Shown piece after piece: positions 60,495 to 60,577 of a DNA stretch of 60,577 nt (position 1 is the stretch's first letter; every line of letters starts with the position of its first letter). The stretch is from Podarcis muralis (Eukaryota). Below the pieces are notes generated by a model. It was not told the DNA's origin, ran no database searches, and was given only the letters and a program-made list of their open reading frames with translations. Location of the stretch: assembly GCF_964188315.1 (NCBI RefSeq), contig NC_135666.1, forward strand, positions 29,701,424 to 29,762,000, read 5' to 3'. The position numbers were made by a program, and so were the translations under genes.

Positions 60495-60565
60495 GGATAA
60501 CACAGGAGAAAGCTTTTGAACTTGTCCCTCAGTTTTCCCGTCTGCAAAATGGGGATAAGAAACCT
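60495..60565 (+). mobile_element. MIR CORE remnant
   Basis: CCTCAGTTTTCCCGTCTGCAAAATGGGGATAA resembles the CORE-SINE consensus. A weaker remnant lies at ~23240-23285. Confidence 0.55.
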
Positions 60566-60577
60566 GGCAGATCTCTC

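Overview
Vertebrate genomic DNA, almost certainly a squamate and probably a lacertid lizard. The basis is Sauria/Squam1 SINEs with ACCTTT tails, other squamate tRNA-SINEs and Bov-B/RTE LINE fragments. The window holds the complete convergent (tail-to-tail) DLX6-DLX5 bigene cluster. DLX6 is on + (exons 37466-38051, 39985-40178, 42339-42590; 343 aa). DLX5 is on - (exons 59744-59384, 57480-57296, 55615-55289; 290 aa). All splice sites are GT-AG and phases close. The first ~22 kb is transposon-rich; from ~22 kb onward the DNA is visibly CpG-rich and nearly free of long TEs. Four short N-runs (196, 137, 260, 386 nt) each fall in what looks like the most conserved non-coding DNA (upstream CNE, DLX6 promoter, I56i core, probable I56ii), which suggests masking rather than true gaps. 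Other leads are candidate antisense exons of an Evf2/DLX6-AS1 orthologue, a 3-codon strong-Kozak uORF in DLX5 and remodelled homopolymer tracts in DLX6. There is also a third homeodomain-site cluster between the genes, a dispersed ~85-bp palindromic mini-element carrying splice donors on both strands, and a Bov-B insertion with a 69-bp target-site duplication. All analysis was by eye; comparisons to mammalian sequences are from memory and need alignment. I see no evidence for an entirely new protein-coding system.
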